A stretch of DNA of 64,000 nucleotides from Eledone cirrhosa (GCA_964016885.1 OZ024761.1:12028001-12092000); one strand, 5' to 3'. Positions 1 to 14,695 are shown, counted from the first letter of the stretch. Made by a program: numbers and translations. Notes: generated from the letters alone by a model not told the origin.

Positions 1-3000
1 ATGTATGTCAGTGTATGTAGTAGTGTTATGTATGTCAGTGTATGTAGTAATGTTATCTATGTCAGTGTATGTAGTAATGTTATGTATGTCAGTGTATATA
101 GTAATGTTATGTATGTCAGTGTATGTAGTAATGTTATGTATGTCAGTGTATATAGTAATGTTATGTATGTCAGTGTATGTAGTAATGTTATGTATGTCAG
201 TGTATATAGTAATGTTATGTATGTCAGTGTATGTAGTAATGTTATGTATGTCAGTGTATATAGTAATGTTATGTATGTCAGTGTATGTAGTAATGTTATG
301 TATGTCAGTGTATGTAGTAGTGTTATGTATGTCAGTGTATGTAGTACTGTTATGTATGTCAGTGTATGTAGTAGTGTTATGTATGTCAGTGTATGTAGTA
401 ATGTTATGTATGTCAGTGTATATAGTAATGTTATGTATGTCAGTGTATGTAGTAATGTTATGTATGTCAGTGTATGTAGTACTGTTATGTATGTCAGTGT
501 ATGTAGTAGTGTTATGTATGTCAGTGTATGTAGTAATGTTATGTATGTCAGTGTATGTAGTAGTGTTATGTATGTCAGTGTATGTAGTAGTGTTATGTAT
601 GTCAGTGTATGTAGTAGTGTTATGTATGTCAGTGTATGTAGTAGTGTTATGTATGTCAGTATGTAGTAATGTTATGTATGTCAGTATGTAGTAGTGTTAT
701 GTATGTCAGTGTATGTAGTAGTGTTATGTATGTCAGTGTATATAGTAGTGTTATGTATGTCAGTGTATGTAGTAATGTTATGTATGTCAGTGTATGTAGT
801 ACTGTTATGTATGTCAGTGTATGTAGTAGTGTTATGTATGTCAGTGTATATAGTAGTGTTATGTATGTCAGTGTATGTAGTAATGTTATGTATGTCAGTG
901 TATATAGTAGTGTTATGTATGTCAGTGTATGTAGTAATGTTATCTATGTCAGTGTATGTAGTAGTGTTATGTATGTCAGTGTATGTAGTAGTGTTATGTA
1001 TGTCAGTGTATGTAGTAATGTTATGTATGTCAGTGTATGTAGTAGTGTTATGTATGTCAGTGTATGTAGTAGTGTTATGTATGTCAGTGTATGTAATAGT
1101 GTTATGTATGTCAGTGTATATAGTAGTGTTATGTATGTCAGTGTATATAGTAGTGTTATGTATGTCAGTGTATATAGTAGTGTTATGTATGTCAGTGTAT
1201 GTAGTACTGTTATGTATGTCAGTGTATGTAGTAATGTTATGTATGTCAGTGTATATAGTAGTGTTATGTATGTCAGTGTATGTAGTAATGTTATCTATGT
1301 CAGTGTATGTAGTAGTGTTATGTATGTCAGTGTATGTAGTAGTGTTATGTATGTCAGTGTATGTAGTAGTGTTATGTATGTCAGTGTATATAGTAGTGTT
1401 ATGTATGTCAGTGTATGTAGTAGTGTTATGTATGTCAGTGTATGTAGTGTTATGTATGTCAGTGTATGTAGTAGTGTTATGTATGTCAGTGTATGTAGTA
1501 CTGTTATGTATGTCAGTGTATGTAGTAGTGTTGTGTATGTCAGTGTATGTAGTAGTGATATGTATGTCAGTGTATGTAGTAGTGTTATGTATGTCAGTGT
1601 ATGTAGTACTGTTATGTATGTCAGTGTATGTAGTAGTGTTATGTATGTCAGTGTATGTAGTAGTGTTATGTATGTCAGTGTATATAGTAGTGTTACGTAT
1701 GTCAGTGTATGTAGTAATGTTATGTATGTCAGTGTATGTAGTAATGTTATGTATGTCAGTGTATGTAGTAGTGTTATGTATGTCAGTGTATGTAGTAGTG
1801 TTATGTATGTCAGTGTATGTAGTACTGTTATGTATGTCAGTGTATGTAGTACTGTTATGTATGTCAGTGTATGTAGTAGTGTTATGTATGTCAGTGTATG
1901 TAGTAATGTTATGTATGTCAGTGTGTGTAGTACTGTTATGTATGTCAGTGTATGTAGTAGTGTTATGTATGTCAGTGTATATAGTAGTGTTATGTATGTC
2001 AGTGTATATAGTAGTGTTATGTATGTCAGTGTATGTAGTACTGTTATGTATGTCAGTGTATGTAGTAATGTTATGTATGTCAGTGTATATAGTAGTGTTA
2101 TGTATGTCAGTGTATGTAGTACTGTTATGTATGTCAGTGTATGTAGTAGTGTTATGTATGTCAGTGTATGTAGTACTGTTATGTATGTCAGTGTATGTAG
2201 TAGTGTTATGTATGTCAGTGTATGTAGTAGTGTTATGTATGTCAGTGTATGTAGTAATGTTATGTATGTCAGTGTATATAGTAGTGTTATGTATGTCAGT
2301 GTATGTAGTAGTGTTATGTATGTCAGTGTATGTAGTAGTATTATGTATGTCAGTGTATGTAGTACTGTTATGTATGTCAGTGTATATAGTAGTGTTATGT
2401 ATGTCAGTGTATGTAGTAGTGTTATGTATGTCAGTGTATATAGTAGTGTTATGTATGTCAGTGTATGTAGTAGTGTTATATATGTCAGTGTATGTAGTAA
2501 TGTTATGTATGTCAGTGTATATAGTAGTGTTATGTATGTCAGTGTATGTAGTAGTGTTATGTATGTCAGTGTATGTAGTAGTGTTATGTATGTCAGTGTA
2601 TGTAGTACTGTTATGTATGTCAGTGTATGTAGTAGTGTTATGTATGTCAGTGTATGTAGTACTGTTATGTATGTCAGTGTATGTAGTAGTGTTGTGTATG
2701 TCAGTGTATGTAGTAGTGTTATGTATGTCAGTGTATGTAGTAGTGTTATGTATGTCAGTGTATGTAGTAGTGTTATGTATGTCAGTGTATGTAGTAGTGT
2801 TATGTATGTCAGTGTATGTAGTAGTGTTATGTATGTCAGTGTATGTAGTAGTGTTATGTATGTCAGTGTATATAGTAGTGTTATGTATGTCAGTGTATGT
2901 AGTAGTGTTATGTATGTCAGTGTATGTAGTGTTATGTATGTCAGTGTATGTAGTAGTGTTACGTATGTCAGTGTATATAGTAGTGTTATGTATGTCAGTG

Positions 3001-6000
3001 TATGTAGTAATGTTATGTATGTCAGTGTATATAGTAGTGTTATGTATGTCAGTGCATGTAGTAGTGTTATGTATGTCAGTGTATGTAGTAGTGTTATGTA
3101 TGTCAGTGTATGTAGTAATGTTATGTATGTCAGTGTATGTAGTAGTGTTATGTATGTCAGTGTATGTAGTAGTGTTATGTATGTCAGTGTATGTAGTAGT
3201 GTTATGTATGTCAGTGTATGTAGTAATGTTATGTATGTCAGTGTATGTAGTAGTGTTATGTATGTCAGTGTATGTAGTACTGTTATGTATGTCAGTGTAT
3301 GTAGTAATTTTATGTATGTCAGTGTATGTAGTAGTGTTATGTATGTCAGTGTATGTAGTAGTGTTATGTATGTCAGTGTATGTAGTAATGTTATGTATGT
3401 CAGTGTATGTAGTAGTGTTATGTATGTCAGTGTATGTAGTAGTGTTATGTATGTCAGTGTATGTAGTAATGTTATGTATGTCAGTGTATGTAGTAGTGTT
3501 ATGTATGTCAGTGTATGTAGTAGTGTTATGTATGTCAGTGTATGTAGTACTGTTATGTATGTCAGTGTATGTAGTAATGTTATGTATGTCAGTGTATGTA
3601 GTAATGTTATGTATGTCAGTGTATGTAGTAGTGTTATGTATGTCAGTGTATGTAGTAGTGTTATGTATGTCAGTGTATGTAGTAGTGTTATGTATGTCAG
3701 TGTATGTGGTAGTGTTATGTATGTCAGTGTATGTAGTAATGTTATGTATGTCAGTGTATGTAGTAGTGTTATGTATGTCAGTGTATGTAGTAGTGTTATG
3801 TAGTAGTGTTATGTATGTCAGTGTATGTAGTAGTGTTATGTATGTCAGTGTATGTAGTAGTGTTATGTATGTCAGTGTATGTAGTAATGTTATGTATGTC
3901 AGTGTATGTAGTAATGTTATGTATGTCAGTGTATGTAGTAGTGTTATGTATGTCAGTGTATGTAGTAGTGTTATGTATGTCAGTGTATGTAGTAATGTTA
4001 TGTATGTCAGTGTATGTAATAGTGTTATGTATGTCAGTGTATATAGTAATGTTATGTATGTCAGTGTTTGTAGTAATGTTATGTATGTCAGTGTATGTAG
4101 TAGTGTTATGTATGTCAGTGTATGTAGTAGTGTTATGTATGTCAGTGTATGTAGTAGTGTTATGTATGTCAGTGTATGTAGTAATGTTATGTATGTCAGT
4201 GTATGTAGTAATGTTATGTATGTCAGTGTATGTAGTAATGTTATGTATGTCAGTGTATGTAGTAATGTTATGTATGTCAGTGTATGTAGTAGTGTTATGT
4301 ATGTCAGTGTATGTAGTAGTGTTATGTATGTCTGTGTATGTAGTAGTGTTATGTATGTCAGTGTATGTAGTAATGTTATGTATGTCAGTGTATGTAGTAA
4401 TGTTATGTATGTCAGTGTATGTAGTGTTATGTATGTCAGTGTATATAGTAGTGTTATGTATGTCAGTGTATGTAGTAATGTTATGTATGTCAGTGTATGT
4501 AGTAATGTTATGTATGTCAGTGTATGTAGTAATGTTATGTATGTCAGTGTATGTAGTAGTGTTATCTATGTCAGTGTATGTAGTAGTGTTATGTAGTAGT
4601 GTTATGTATGTCAGTGTATGTAGTAGTGTTATGTATGTCAGTGTATGTAGTACTGTTATGTATGTCAGTGTATGTAGTAGTGTTATCTATGTCAGTGTAT
4701 GTAGTAGTGTTATGTATGTCAGTGTATGTAGTAGTGTTATGTATGTCAGTGTATGTAGTAGTGTTATGTATGTCAGTGTATGTAGTAGTGTTATGTATGT
4801 CAGTGCATGTAGTAGTGTTATGTATGTCAGTGTATGTAGTAGTGTTATCTATGTCAGTGTATGTAGTAGTGTTATGTCAGTGTATGTAGTAGTGTTATGT
4901 ATGTCAGTGTATGTAGTAATGTTATGTATGTCAGTGTATGTAGTAGTGTTATGTCAGTGTATGTAGTAGTGTTATGTATGTCAGTGTATGTAGTAATGTT
5001 ATGTATGTCAGTGTATGTAGTAGTGTTATGTATGTCAGTGTATGTAGTAATGTTATGTATGTCAGTGTATGTAGTAGTGTTATGTATGTCAGTGTATGTA
5101 GTACTGTTATGTATGTCAGTGTATGTAGTAGTGTTATCTATGTCAGTGTATGTAGTAGTGTTATGTATGTCAGTGTATGTAGTAGTGTTATCTATGTCAG
5201 TGTATGTAGTAGTGTTATGTATGTCAGTGTATGTAGTAGTGTTATGTATGTCAGTGTATGTAGTAGTGTTATGTATGTCAGTGTATGTAGTAGTGTTATG
5301 TATGTCAGTGTATGTAGTAATGTTATGTATGTCAGTGTATGTAGTAGTGTTATGTATGTCAGTGTATGTAGTACTGTTATGTATGTCAGTGTATGTAGTA
5401 GTGTTATCTATGTCAGTGTATGTAGTAGTGTTATGTATGTCAGTGTATGTAGTAATGTTATGTATGTCAGTGTATGTAGTAGTGTTATGTATGTCAGTGT
5501 ATGTAGTAGTGTTGTGTATGTCAGTGTATGTAGTAGTGTTGTGTATGTCAGTGTATGTAGTAGTGTTATGTATGTCAGTGTATGTAGTAGTGTTATGTAT
5601 GTCAGTGTATGTAGTAGTGTTATCTATGTCAGTGTGTATGTAGTAGTGTTGTGTATGTCAGTGTATGTAGTAGTGTTATGTATGTCTGTATGTAGTAATG
5701 TTATGTATGTCAGTGTATGTAGTAATGTTATGTATGTCAGTGTATGTAGTAATGTTATGTATGTCAGTGTATGTAGTAGTGTTATGTATGTCAGTGTATG
5801 TAGTAGTGTTATGTATGTCAGTGTATGTAGTACTGTTATGTATGTCAGTGTATGTAGTAGCGTTATGTATGTCAGTGTATATAGTAATGTTATCTATGTC
5901 AGTGTATGTAGTAGTGTTATGTATGTCAGTGTATGTAGTAATGTTACGTATGTCAGTGTATGTAGTAGTGTTATGTATGTCAGTGTATGTAGTAGTGTTA

Positions 6001-9000
6001 TCTATGTCAGTGTATGTAGTAGTGTTATGTATGTCAGTGTATGTAGTAATGTTATGTATGTCAGTGTATGTAGTAGTGTTATGTATGTCAGTGTATGTAG
6101 TAGAGTTATGTATGTCAGTGTATGTAGTACTGTTATGTATGTCAGTGTATGTAGTAATGTTATGTATGTCAGTGTATGTAGTAATGTTATGTATGTCAGT
6201 GTATGTAGTAGTGTTATCTATGTCAGTGTATGTAGTAGTGTTATGTATGTCACTGTATGTAGTAGTGTTGTGTATGTAGTAGTGTTATGTATGTCAGTGT
6301 ATGTAGTAGTGTTATGTATGTCAGTGTATGTAGTAGTGTTATGTATGTCAGTGTATGTAGTAGTGTTATGTATGTCAGTGTATGTAGTAGTGTTATGTAT
6401 GTCAGTGTATGTAGTAGTGTTATGTATGTCAGTGTATGTAGTAATGTTATGTATGTCAGTGTATGTAGTAATGTTATGTATGTCAGTGTATGTAGTAATG
6501 TTATGTATGTCAGTGTATGTAGTAATGTTATGTATGTCAGTGTATGTAGTAATGTTATGTATGTCAGTGTATGTAGTAGTCTTATGTATGTCAGTGTATG
6601 TAGTAATGTTATGTATGTCAGTGTATGTAGTAATGTTATGTATGTCAGTGTATGTAGTAATGTTATGTATGTCAGTGTGTATGTAGTAGTGTTATGTATG
6701 TCAGTGTATGTAATAGTGTTATGTATGTCAGTGTATATAGTAGTGTTATGTATGTCAGTGTATGTAGTAATGTTATGTATGTCAGTGTATGTAGTAGTCT
6801 TATGTATGTCAGTGTATGTAGTAATGTTATGTATGTCAGTGTATGTAGTAATGTTATGTATGTCAGTGTATGTATGTAGTAATGTTATGTATGTCAGTGT
6901 ATGTAGTAATGTTATGTATGTCAGTGTGTATGTAGTAGTGTTATGTATGTCAGTGTATGTAATAGTGTTATGTATGTCAGTGTATATAGTAGTGTTATGT
7001 ATGTCAGTGTATGTAGTAATGTTATGTATGTCAGTGTATGTAGTAGTCTTATGTATGTCAGTGTATGTAGTAATGTTATGTATGTCAGTGTATGTAGTAA
7101 TGTTATGTATGTCAGTGTATGTATGTAGTAATGTTATGTATGTCAGTGTATGTAGTAATGTTATGTATGTCAGTGTGTATGTAGTAGTGTTATGTATGTC
7201 AGTGTATGTAATTGTGTTATGTATGTCAGTGTATATAGTAGTGTTATGTATGTCAGTGTATGTAGTAATGTTATGTATGTCAGTGTATGTAGTAGTCTTA
7301 TGTCTGTCAGTGTATGTAGTAATGTTATGTATGTCAGTGTATGTAGTAATGTTATGTATGTCAGTGTATGTAGTAATGTTATGTATGTCAGTGTGTATGT
7401 AGTAGTGTTATGTATGTCAGTGTATGTAATAGTGTTATGTATGTCAGTGTATATAGTACTGTTATGTATGTCAGTGTATGTAGTAGTGTTATGTATGTCA
7501 GTGTATGTAGTAGTGTTATGTATGTCAGTGTATGTAGTAATGTTATGTATGTCAGTGTATGTAGTAGTGTTATGTATGTCAGTGTATGTAATAGTGTTAT
7601 GTATGTCAGTGTATATAGTAGTGTTATGTATGTCAGTGTATGTAGTAGTGTTATGTATGTCAGTGTATGTAGTAGTGTTATGTATGTCAGTGTATGTAGT
7701 AATGTTATGTATGTCAGTGTATGTAGTAATGTTATGTATGTCAGTGTATATAGTAGTGTTATGTATGTCAGTGTATATAGTACTGTTATGTATGTCAGTG
7801 TATGTAGTAATGTTATGTATGTCAGTGTATGTAATAGTGTTATGTATGTCAGTGTATATAGTAATGTTATGTATGTCAGTGTATGTAGTAGTGTTATGTA
7901 TGTCAGTGTATATAGTAGTGTTATGTATGTCAGTGTATGTAGTAATGTTATGTATGTCAGTGTATGTAATAGTGTTATGTATGTCAGTGTATATAGTAGT
8001 GTTATGTATGTCAGTGTATGTAGTAGCGTTATGTATGTCAGTGTATGTAGTAGTGTTATGTATGTCAGTGTATGTAGTAGTGTTATGTATGTCAGTGTAT
8101 GTAATAGTGTTATGTATTTCAGTGTATATAGTAGTGTTATGTATGTCAGTGTATGTAGTAATGTTATGTATATCAGCGTATGTAGTAGTGTTATGTATGT
8201 CAGTGTATGTAGTAGTGTTATGTATGTCAGTGTATGTAGTACTGTTATGTATGTCAATGTATGTAGTAGTGTTATGTATGTCAGTGTATGTAGTAGTGTT
8301 ATGTATGTCAGTGTATGTAGTAGTGTTATGTATGTCAGTGTATGTAATAGTGTTATGTATGTCAGTGTATGTAGTAGTGTTATGTATGTCAGTGTATGTA
8401 ATAGTGTTATGTATGTCAGTGTATATTGTAGTGTTATGTATGTCAGTGTATATAGTAGTGTTATGTATGTCAGTATATGTAGTAATGTTATGTATGTCAG
8501 TGTATATAGTAGTGTTATGTATGTCAGTGTATGTAGTAATGTTATGTATGTCAGTGTATGTAGTAATGTTATGTATGTCAGTGTATGTAGTAGTGTTATG
8601 TATGTCAGTGTATGTAGTAATGTTATGTATGTCAGTGTATGTAGTAGTGTTATGTATGTCAGTGTATGTAGTAATGTTATGTATGTCAGTGTATGTAGTA
8701 GTGTTATGTATGTCAGTGTATGTAGTAATGTTATGTATGTCAGTGTATGTAGTAGTGTTATGTATGTCAGTGTATGTAGTAGTGTTATGTATGTCAGTGT
8801 ATGTAGTAGTGTTATGTATGTCAGTGTATGTAGTAGTGTTATGTATGTCAGTGTATATAGTAGTGTTATGTATGTCAGTGTATGTAGTAGTGTTATGTAT
8901 GTCAGTGTATGTAGTAATGTTATGTATGTCAGTGTATGTAGTAGTGTTATGTATGTCAGTGTATGTAGTAATGTTATGTATGTCAGTGTATGTAGTAGTG

Positions 9001-9824
9001 TTATATATGTCAGTGTATGTAGTAATGTTATGTATGTCAGTGTATATAGTAGTGTTATGTATGTCAGTGTATGTAGTACTGTTATGTATGTCAGTGTATG
9101 TAGTAGTGTTATGTATGTCAGTGTATGTAGTAGTGTTATGTATGTCAGTGTATGTAGTAATGTTATGTATGTCAGTGTATGTAGTAGTGTTATGTATGTC
9201 AGTGTATATAGTAGTGTTATGTATGTCAGTGTATGTAGTACTGTTATGTATGTCAGTGTATATAGTAGTGTTATGTATGTCAGTGTATGTAGTAGTGTTA
9301 TGTATGTCAGTGTATGTAGTAGTGTTATGTATGTCAGTGTATGTAGTAGTGTTATGTATGTCAGTGTATGTAGTAATGTTATCTATGTCAGTGTATGTAG
9401 TAATGTTATGTATGTCAGTGTATGTAGTAGTGTTATGTATGTCAGTGTATGTAGTAGTGTTATGTATGTCAGTGTATGTAGTAATGTTATGTATGTCAGT
9501 GTATGTCAGTGTATGTAGTAGTGTTATGTATGTCAGTGTATGTAGTAGTGTTATGTATGTCAGTGTATATAGTAGTGTTATGTATGTCAGTGTATGTAGT
9601 AGTGTTATGTATGTCAGTGTATGTAGTAGTGTTATGTATGTCAGTGTATGTAGTAGTGTTATGTATGTCAGTGTATATAGTAGTGTTATGTATGTCAGTG
9701 TATGTAGTAGTGTTATGTATGTCAGTGTATGTAGTAGTGTTATGTATGTCAGTGTATATAGTAGTGTTATGTATGTCAGTGTATGTAGTAGTGTTATGTA
9801 TGTTAGTGTATGTAATAGTGTTAT
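1..9824. repeat. 27-bp satellite, consensus GTATGTCAGTGTATGTAGTAGTGTTAT, about 360 copies, running off the left edge of the window
   Basis: Direct tandem periodicity. The 9-aa repeat MYVSVCSSV in the ORF track equals 27 nt. Variants differ by single substitutions (AGT/AAT/ACT; TGT/TAT). Confidence 0.98.
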
Positions 9825-10008
9825 GGTGGATTGGCAGTATCGGTAGAGGATCGGACGCCATGCTTTGACGCATGGAGTTACGGCCCTTGCCATTCTGAGT
9901 TCAAATCCCGTCGAGGTTAACTTTGCCTTTCATCCTTACGGGGTCGATAAAATAAAGTACCAGTAACATACTGGGGTTATTGCTGGCCTTGTGCCAATAG
10001 TAGAAACA
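9825..10008 (+). mobile_element. tRNA-derived SINE with a Nin/Deu-type central domain
   Basis: A-box-like TGGCAGTATCGG, B-box GAGTTCAAATCC and GCCTTTCATCCTTACGGGGTCGATAAAATAAAGTACCAG (Nin-domain-like). Near-identical copies lie at 31139 and 54175. Confidence 0.8.
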
Positions 10009-10019
10009 GTTATGTGATA

Positions 10020-10394
10020 ATGGTTTCTTATATAGGCACAAGGCCAGACATTTTGTGGGAGGGGAAAGTCGATTAAATCGACCCCAGTGCCGGACTGGTT
10101 CCTTATTTTATCGACCCTGTAAAGATGAAAGGTAAATTTAACCTCGGTGGGATTTGAACTCAGACCATAAAGGGCTGTAACTCTATGCTGCATGCCCTCT
10201 GACCCTCTACTGATACTATGTAATAATGTTATATAAGTTAGTGTATGCTAGTGTATATAATAATTGTTTCTACTTTTGGCACAAGGCCAGCAATTACTGG
10301 TACTTTATTTTTCATTCTGTAAGGATGAAAGGCCTTGGTGGGATTTGAACTCAGACTATAAAGAACGCTGTCTGACCCTCTACCAATACTGCCA
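10020..10394 (-). mobile_element. Two Nin-type SINE copies on the minus strand (10020-10214 and partial 10264-10394)
   Basis: Reverse-complement matches to the 9825 SINE (GGGATTTGAACTCAG; TTTATCGACCC..AAGATGAAAGG). Confidence 0.75.
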
Positions 10395-11289
10395 AAGGCT
10401 TATGTAAGGACGATGGTTTGTGTTCCTCATTTCTCCCTTCTCAATGTTGATTTTCAATATTTTGTCTTGTTGACAAATGTGGACATTTTGTAGTAAACAG
10501 TCCTGATGTATTATAATAATTCGAATGGCTATTTTTGTATGATCTTATCATGTGATTTATTGTTGATCCTTATAGATAATTTGAGCCACATCCGCAGATT
10601 TACTTTGCATGTTACATATTGAGCCTCACAGATAATTTGAGCCACAGATTTACTTTACATGTTACATGTTGATCCTCAGAAATAATTTGAACTGCATCCA
10701 CAGATTTACTTTACATGTTAAATGTTGAGCCTCACAGATAATTTGAACTACTGGACATAGTTTTATCTAATGTTCCTTTGAAAATAGAGTGAAGTGGTTT
10801 AAAGAAACATTATTTCGAGACTGGACATAGCCTCACGGAAGAGTGGCTGTAGATATATAAAACATATTTTGTCCTACTAGAAAATAAAGACAATCTATTA
10901 TGAGTGGTCTCAATCATCTGTTGTCAGAAATAACATAAATGTTATCCCAGATTATCTCAAACTATCCTCAACATAAATCAATACAAGAGTTTTAACCTAC
11001 AACTCATTTTAGTGACAGTTTTCACTGATAAGCAAACACAGTAAGGAATTGTCGATACCAGCTCATTCACCTTCTTACACACAAACTCCTTCCTTAACAC
11101 ACACTTCGAAAACAAAACAAGACAAAAAAACATACTGTCTATGGTTTAAATTTCTTCTTCTTCTTCTTCTTCTCCCCCCCCCCCCTCCTCCTTCTTCTTC
11201 TTCTTCTTTTTCTTTTTCTTCTTCTTCTCACCACGATGAGAGTACCAGACTCCCCCTGGACAGAGTTAAAGTCAGTCTTAAGCCATTTA

Positions 11290-11485
11290 AGGTCCATTAG
11301 GCCGGTACTTATCCAGGAATTGAACCCATGACATGGTTGTAAGCCCAACACCTGCACCACTAGGCTACATGCCTCCAAACACTACATAATATATTTGTTT
11401 CTACTTTTGGCACAAGGCCTGCAATTACCCCAGTTCATTACTGGTACTTTATTTTATCGAGCCTGTAAGGATGAAAGGCAAAGTT
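11290..11485 (-). mobile_element. tRNA-like SINE head (11290-11378) plus a Nin-SINE 3' fragment (11395-11485)
   Basis: The minus strand reads GGAGGCATGTAGCCTAGTGG...GGGTTCAATTCC (A/B boxes). The adjacent segment matches the Nin-SINE tail. Confidence 0.6.
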
Positions 11486-11939
11486 ATATAACTGACTGGG
11501 AAATCTAAACTATAATAAAGTAAGGAGTGCGGGACTGCATCCAGAATACATTTTTTTTTTATCCCGTTAGTAAAATAAGTTGGATTACTTTGAATAAATA
11601 ATGAATGAATATTACATAATGTATCTACTAAATTTCGTGGCTGTTAATTAAATATATTTTATAGCTTATTTAAAGATTCACTTCTTTAAAATTGTCAAAT
11701 GTCAACACATCCAGTTAGCGATCGCTTAAATAAACATTCATATATTTCCGTCACTAATTTTCTCCTAATGCAGTTTATATATAATATCGTCTTTTCTTAA
11801 TGTATCATGGATTACTTTACTGATTACAGAAGACAGTGTAACACAGTCTCCGTTCAATTTCTGTGTATATTGTCAATTACGATTTTATTTACATGTATAT
11901 ATATTTGTGTATAATATCAATATACACACTACACATGCT

Positions 11940-12118
11940 AGCAGAAAACCACCCGAAGAGTGGGTTTTCTACTAGTTATTATAATAAATTGAAGTGAAAT
12001 CCAACAGGTGCATGTGGTGTTTTTTATTGGCAACATGACCCTACCAAAGTATAATAACAATATCTGTTTCAACACACGCTTGGAGATAAGAAAGCTTGCA
12101 AAAGAAATACAAAAAAGC

Positions 12119-12121
<3 letters not shown>
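11940..12121 (+). mobile_element. PLE pLTR remnant with the ORF start [27 protein letters not shown], ending in (TA)n
   Basis: ATG at 12035. The peptide is homologous to the starts at 12855(-), 13744(+), 47062(-), 59828(-) and 63911(-). Confidence 0.7.
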
Positions 12122-12160
<39 letters not shown>

Positions 12161-12161
12161 T

Positions 12162-12193
<32 letters not shown>

Positions 12194-12351
12194 ATATATA
12201 TATATATAAACCCTTCTAGCGTGGAAGATAGACATTAAATGATATATATATATATATATATTTATATATTTTATATATATAAAGAAATATATGTGTTAGG
12301 TGTTGTTGTAGAACAGGAAATATAAATTTACTGATTTTCAAAAAAAAAAAA

Positions 12352-12395
<44 letters not shown>

Positions 12396-12738
12396 TCTCA
12401 TCTCGTTTTCTTATTTGATGGGAAAAACAGTTTAAAAGGTTTGTAAATAGATGTAAACATTAATCTGTTTGATTCTAAAATATCTCCATTTTAGAATCAA
12501 ACAGCTGTTGTGTTCCAGAGAAGAGAAAAAAAATAGAGAGACTGAGAGAGAGGAGGGGGAGCTCATGTAGTGTTCCTCCTACTTCACATTATCATCCTCC
12601 CCCATCATCATCATCATCATCATCATGCCTCTACACAGTTATTTATCTGCTAGAAATAACAGCCAAATCTTCCTCAAATCTTCCTCAAATCATACCCTTA
12701 ACCTGTTTATTACTATATTTACAACAAAAGACATTGTT

Positions 12739-12773
<35 letters not shown>

Positions 12774-12774
<1 letters not shown>

Positions 12775-13761
12775 GCGGCGATGAATTAGTTTTGCGAGGT
12801 TTTTTATATGAAATCGTGTGTCGAAACAGATATTGTTATATTTGGGGAGGGTCATATTTGCGTAATATTGCCAGAATTAATAACAGAACACACTCACTGT
12901 TTGGTTGGTTTTCGCTTCTCGCTGTCTTTTATATATATATATCTGCGATCTAACTTACTCGGTCCTCAATGTTGCCATTGACTGACCGGCGGTCAAAAAT
13001 AATACAGATACAATATAGACACGAAAAAACGGGTCAGTACTATACGAACATGCTAGACAACAACATGACGGTAACATAGACAACATAGAAATTAGAATAA
13101 TATCTAAACATAGGAATGACCCAGCAGATAGGCAAATCAGAGAGGCCAGTGAAATAGAAATTAGAAGACCAAAGCTAAACAGAAAGAATGAGTGGAACAA
13201 CAACAACACCCAAACAAACAACACTGACCTAAGAGAAGTATAAATAAATAAATAAAATTAAATAAAATAAGATAAACAAATACATACACAAGCACATAAA
13301 CACACACTAGTCACCCAGCAGACACAACACTATACACACTAGTCACACATCACACATAACACTATACACACACGCAAACGCATGCGCAAAGAAGACAAAA
13401 TAAAATAAGATAAACAAACAAGCAAATAAATAAATAAATATATAGACAGACTGAACAAAAAAAATGGCGTAGACATACAACACAACAGGAGGAACAATGA
13501 ATATAACACCACTGACGATGTTGCAGATGTGCAACGAAAGATTTATGTAAATTATGTAAACTATATATATGTGTTTGTGTCTATATTGTATCTGTATTAT
13601 TTTTGACCGCCGGTCAGTCAATGGCAACATTGAGGACCGAGTAAGTTAGATCGCAGATATATATATATAAAAGACAGCGAGAAGCGAAAACCAACCAAAC
13701 AGTGAGTGTGTTCTGTTATTAATTCTGGCAATATTACGCAAATATGACCCTCCCCAAATAT

Positions 13762-13768
<7 letters not shown>
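12774..13768. mobile_element. 5'-truncated copy of the 1077-aa PLE family with an inverted pLTR arm
   Basis: 13021-13243(+) encodes RKNGSVLYEHARQQHDGNIDNIE...DLREV*, nearly identical to the C-terminus of the 47547-50780 ORF. 12774-13022 is the reverse complement of the 3' pLTR. Both ends lie in (TA)n. Confidence 0.9.
13506..13548 (+). ncRNA. Minimal type I hammerhead ribozyme motif (also at 47254-47296, minus strand)
   Basis: CTGACGA-T-GTTGCA(GATG)TGCAAC-GAAA-GATT-TA. Stem I is weak (about 2 bp). Confidence 0.6.
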
Positions 13769-13798
<30 letters not shown>

Positions 13799-14638
13799 TG
13801 TATGTGTGTAGATATGTGTGTGTGTATATATATGTGTGTCTGTGTATATATATGTGTTTGTGTGTGTATATATATATATGTTTGTGTGTGTATATATATA
13901 TGTTTGTGTGTGTATATATATATGTTTGTGTGTGTATATATATATGTATGAGTGTGTGTGTATATATATATATGTGTGTAGATATGTGTGTATATATATG
14001 TGTGTGTGTATATATATGTTTGTGTGTGTATATATATGTTTGTGTGTGTATATATATATGTATGAGTGTGTGTGTATATATATATGTATGAGTGTGTGTG
14101 TATATATATATATATATATGTATGAATATGTGTGTGTGTGTGTCTATATATATATGTATGAATGTATATATATATGTATGAGTGTGTGTGTGTGTGTATA
14201 TATATATATGTATGAGTGTGTGTGTGTATATATATATATATGTATGAATGTGTGTGTGTGTGTATATATGTATGTATGAATGTATATATATATGTATGAA
14301 TGAATGAATGAATGTATATATATATATATATATGTATGAATGTGTGTGTGTGTATATATATGTATGAATGTATGTGTGTGTATATATATGTATGAATGTA
14401 TGTGTGTGTGTATATATGTATGTATGAATATATATATATATATGTATGAATGAAAGAATGAATGTATATGTATGAATGTGTGTGTGTGTATATATATATA
14501 TGTATGAATGTATATATATATATATGTATGAATGAATATATATATATATATGTATGTGTATATAAAAAGATGCTGATATCCTTATACTAAATCTTCAAAC
14601 TACACACTAGGATGTCAAAATTAATAAAACACACTTCG

Positions 14639-14695
14639 TATTTTATCTGATGATAGCGCACCAACATTTTTGGTACCCTTGAATATAATAGAATG
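14639..14695 (+). ncRNA. Degenerate hammerhead motif (TATTTTAT-CTGATGA family)
   Basis: Stem I TATTTTAT/ATAGAATG, core CTGATGA, ACCA/TGGT in stem II. GAAA/stem III is partly deleted. Related to the motifs at 55852 and 63616. Confidence 0.55.

Noticed and set aside
1-9893. Very long ORFs (up to 1300 aa) in the satellite
   Set aside because: They arise from a 27-bp unit with stop-free frames. Frame-shifting indels are tolerated and there is no domain content.
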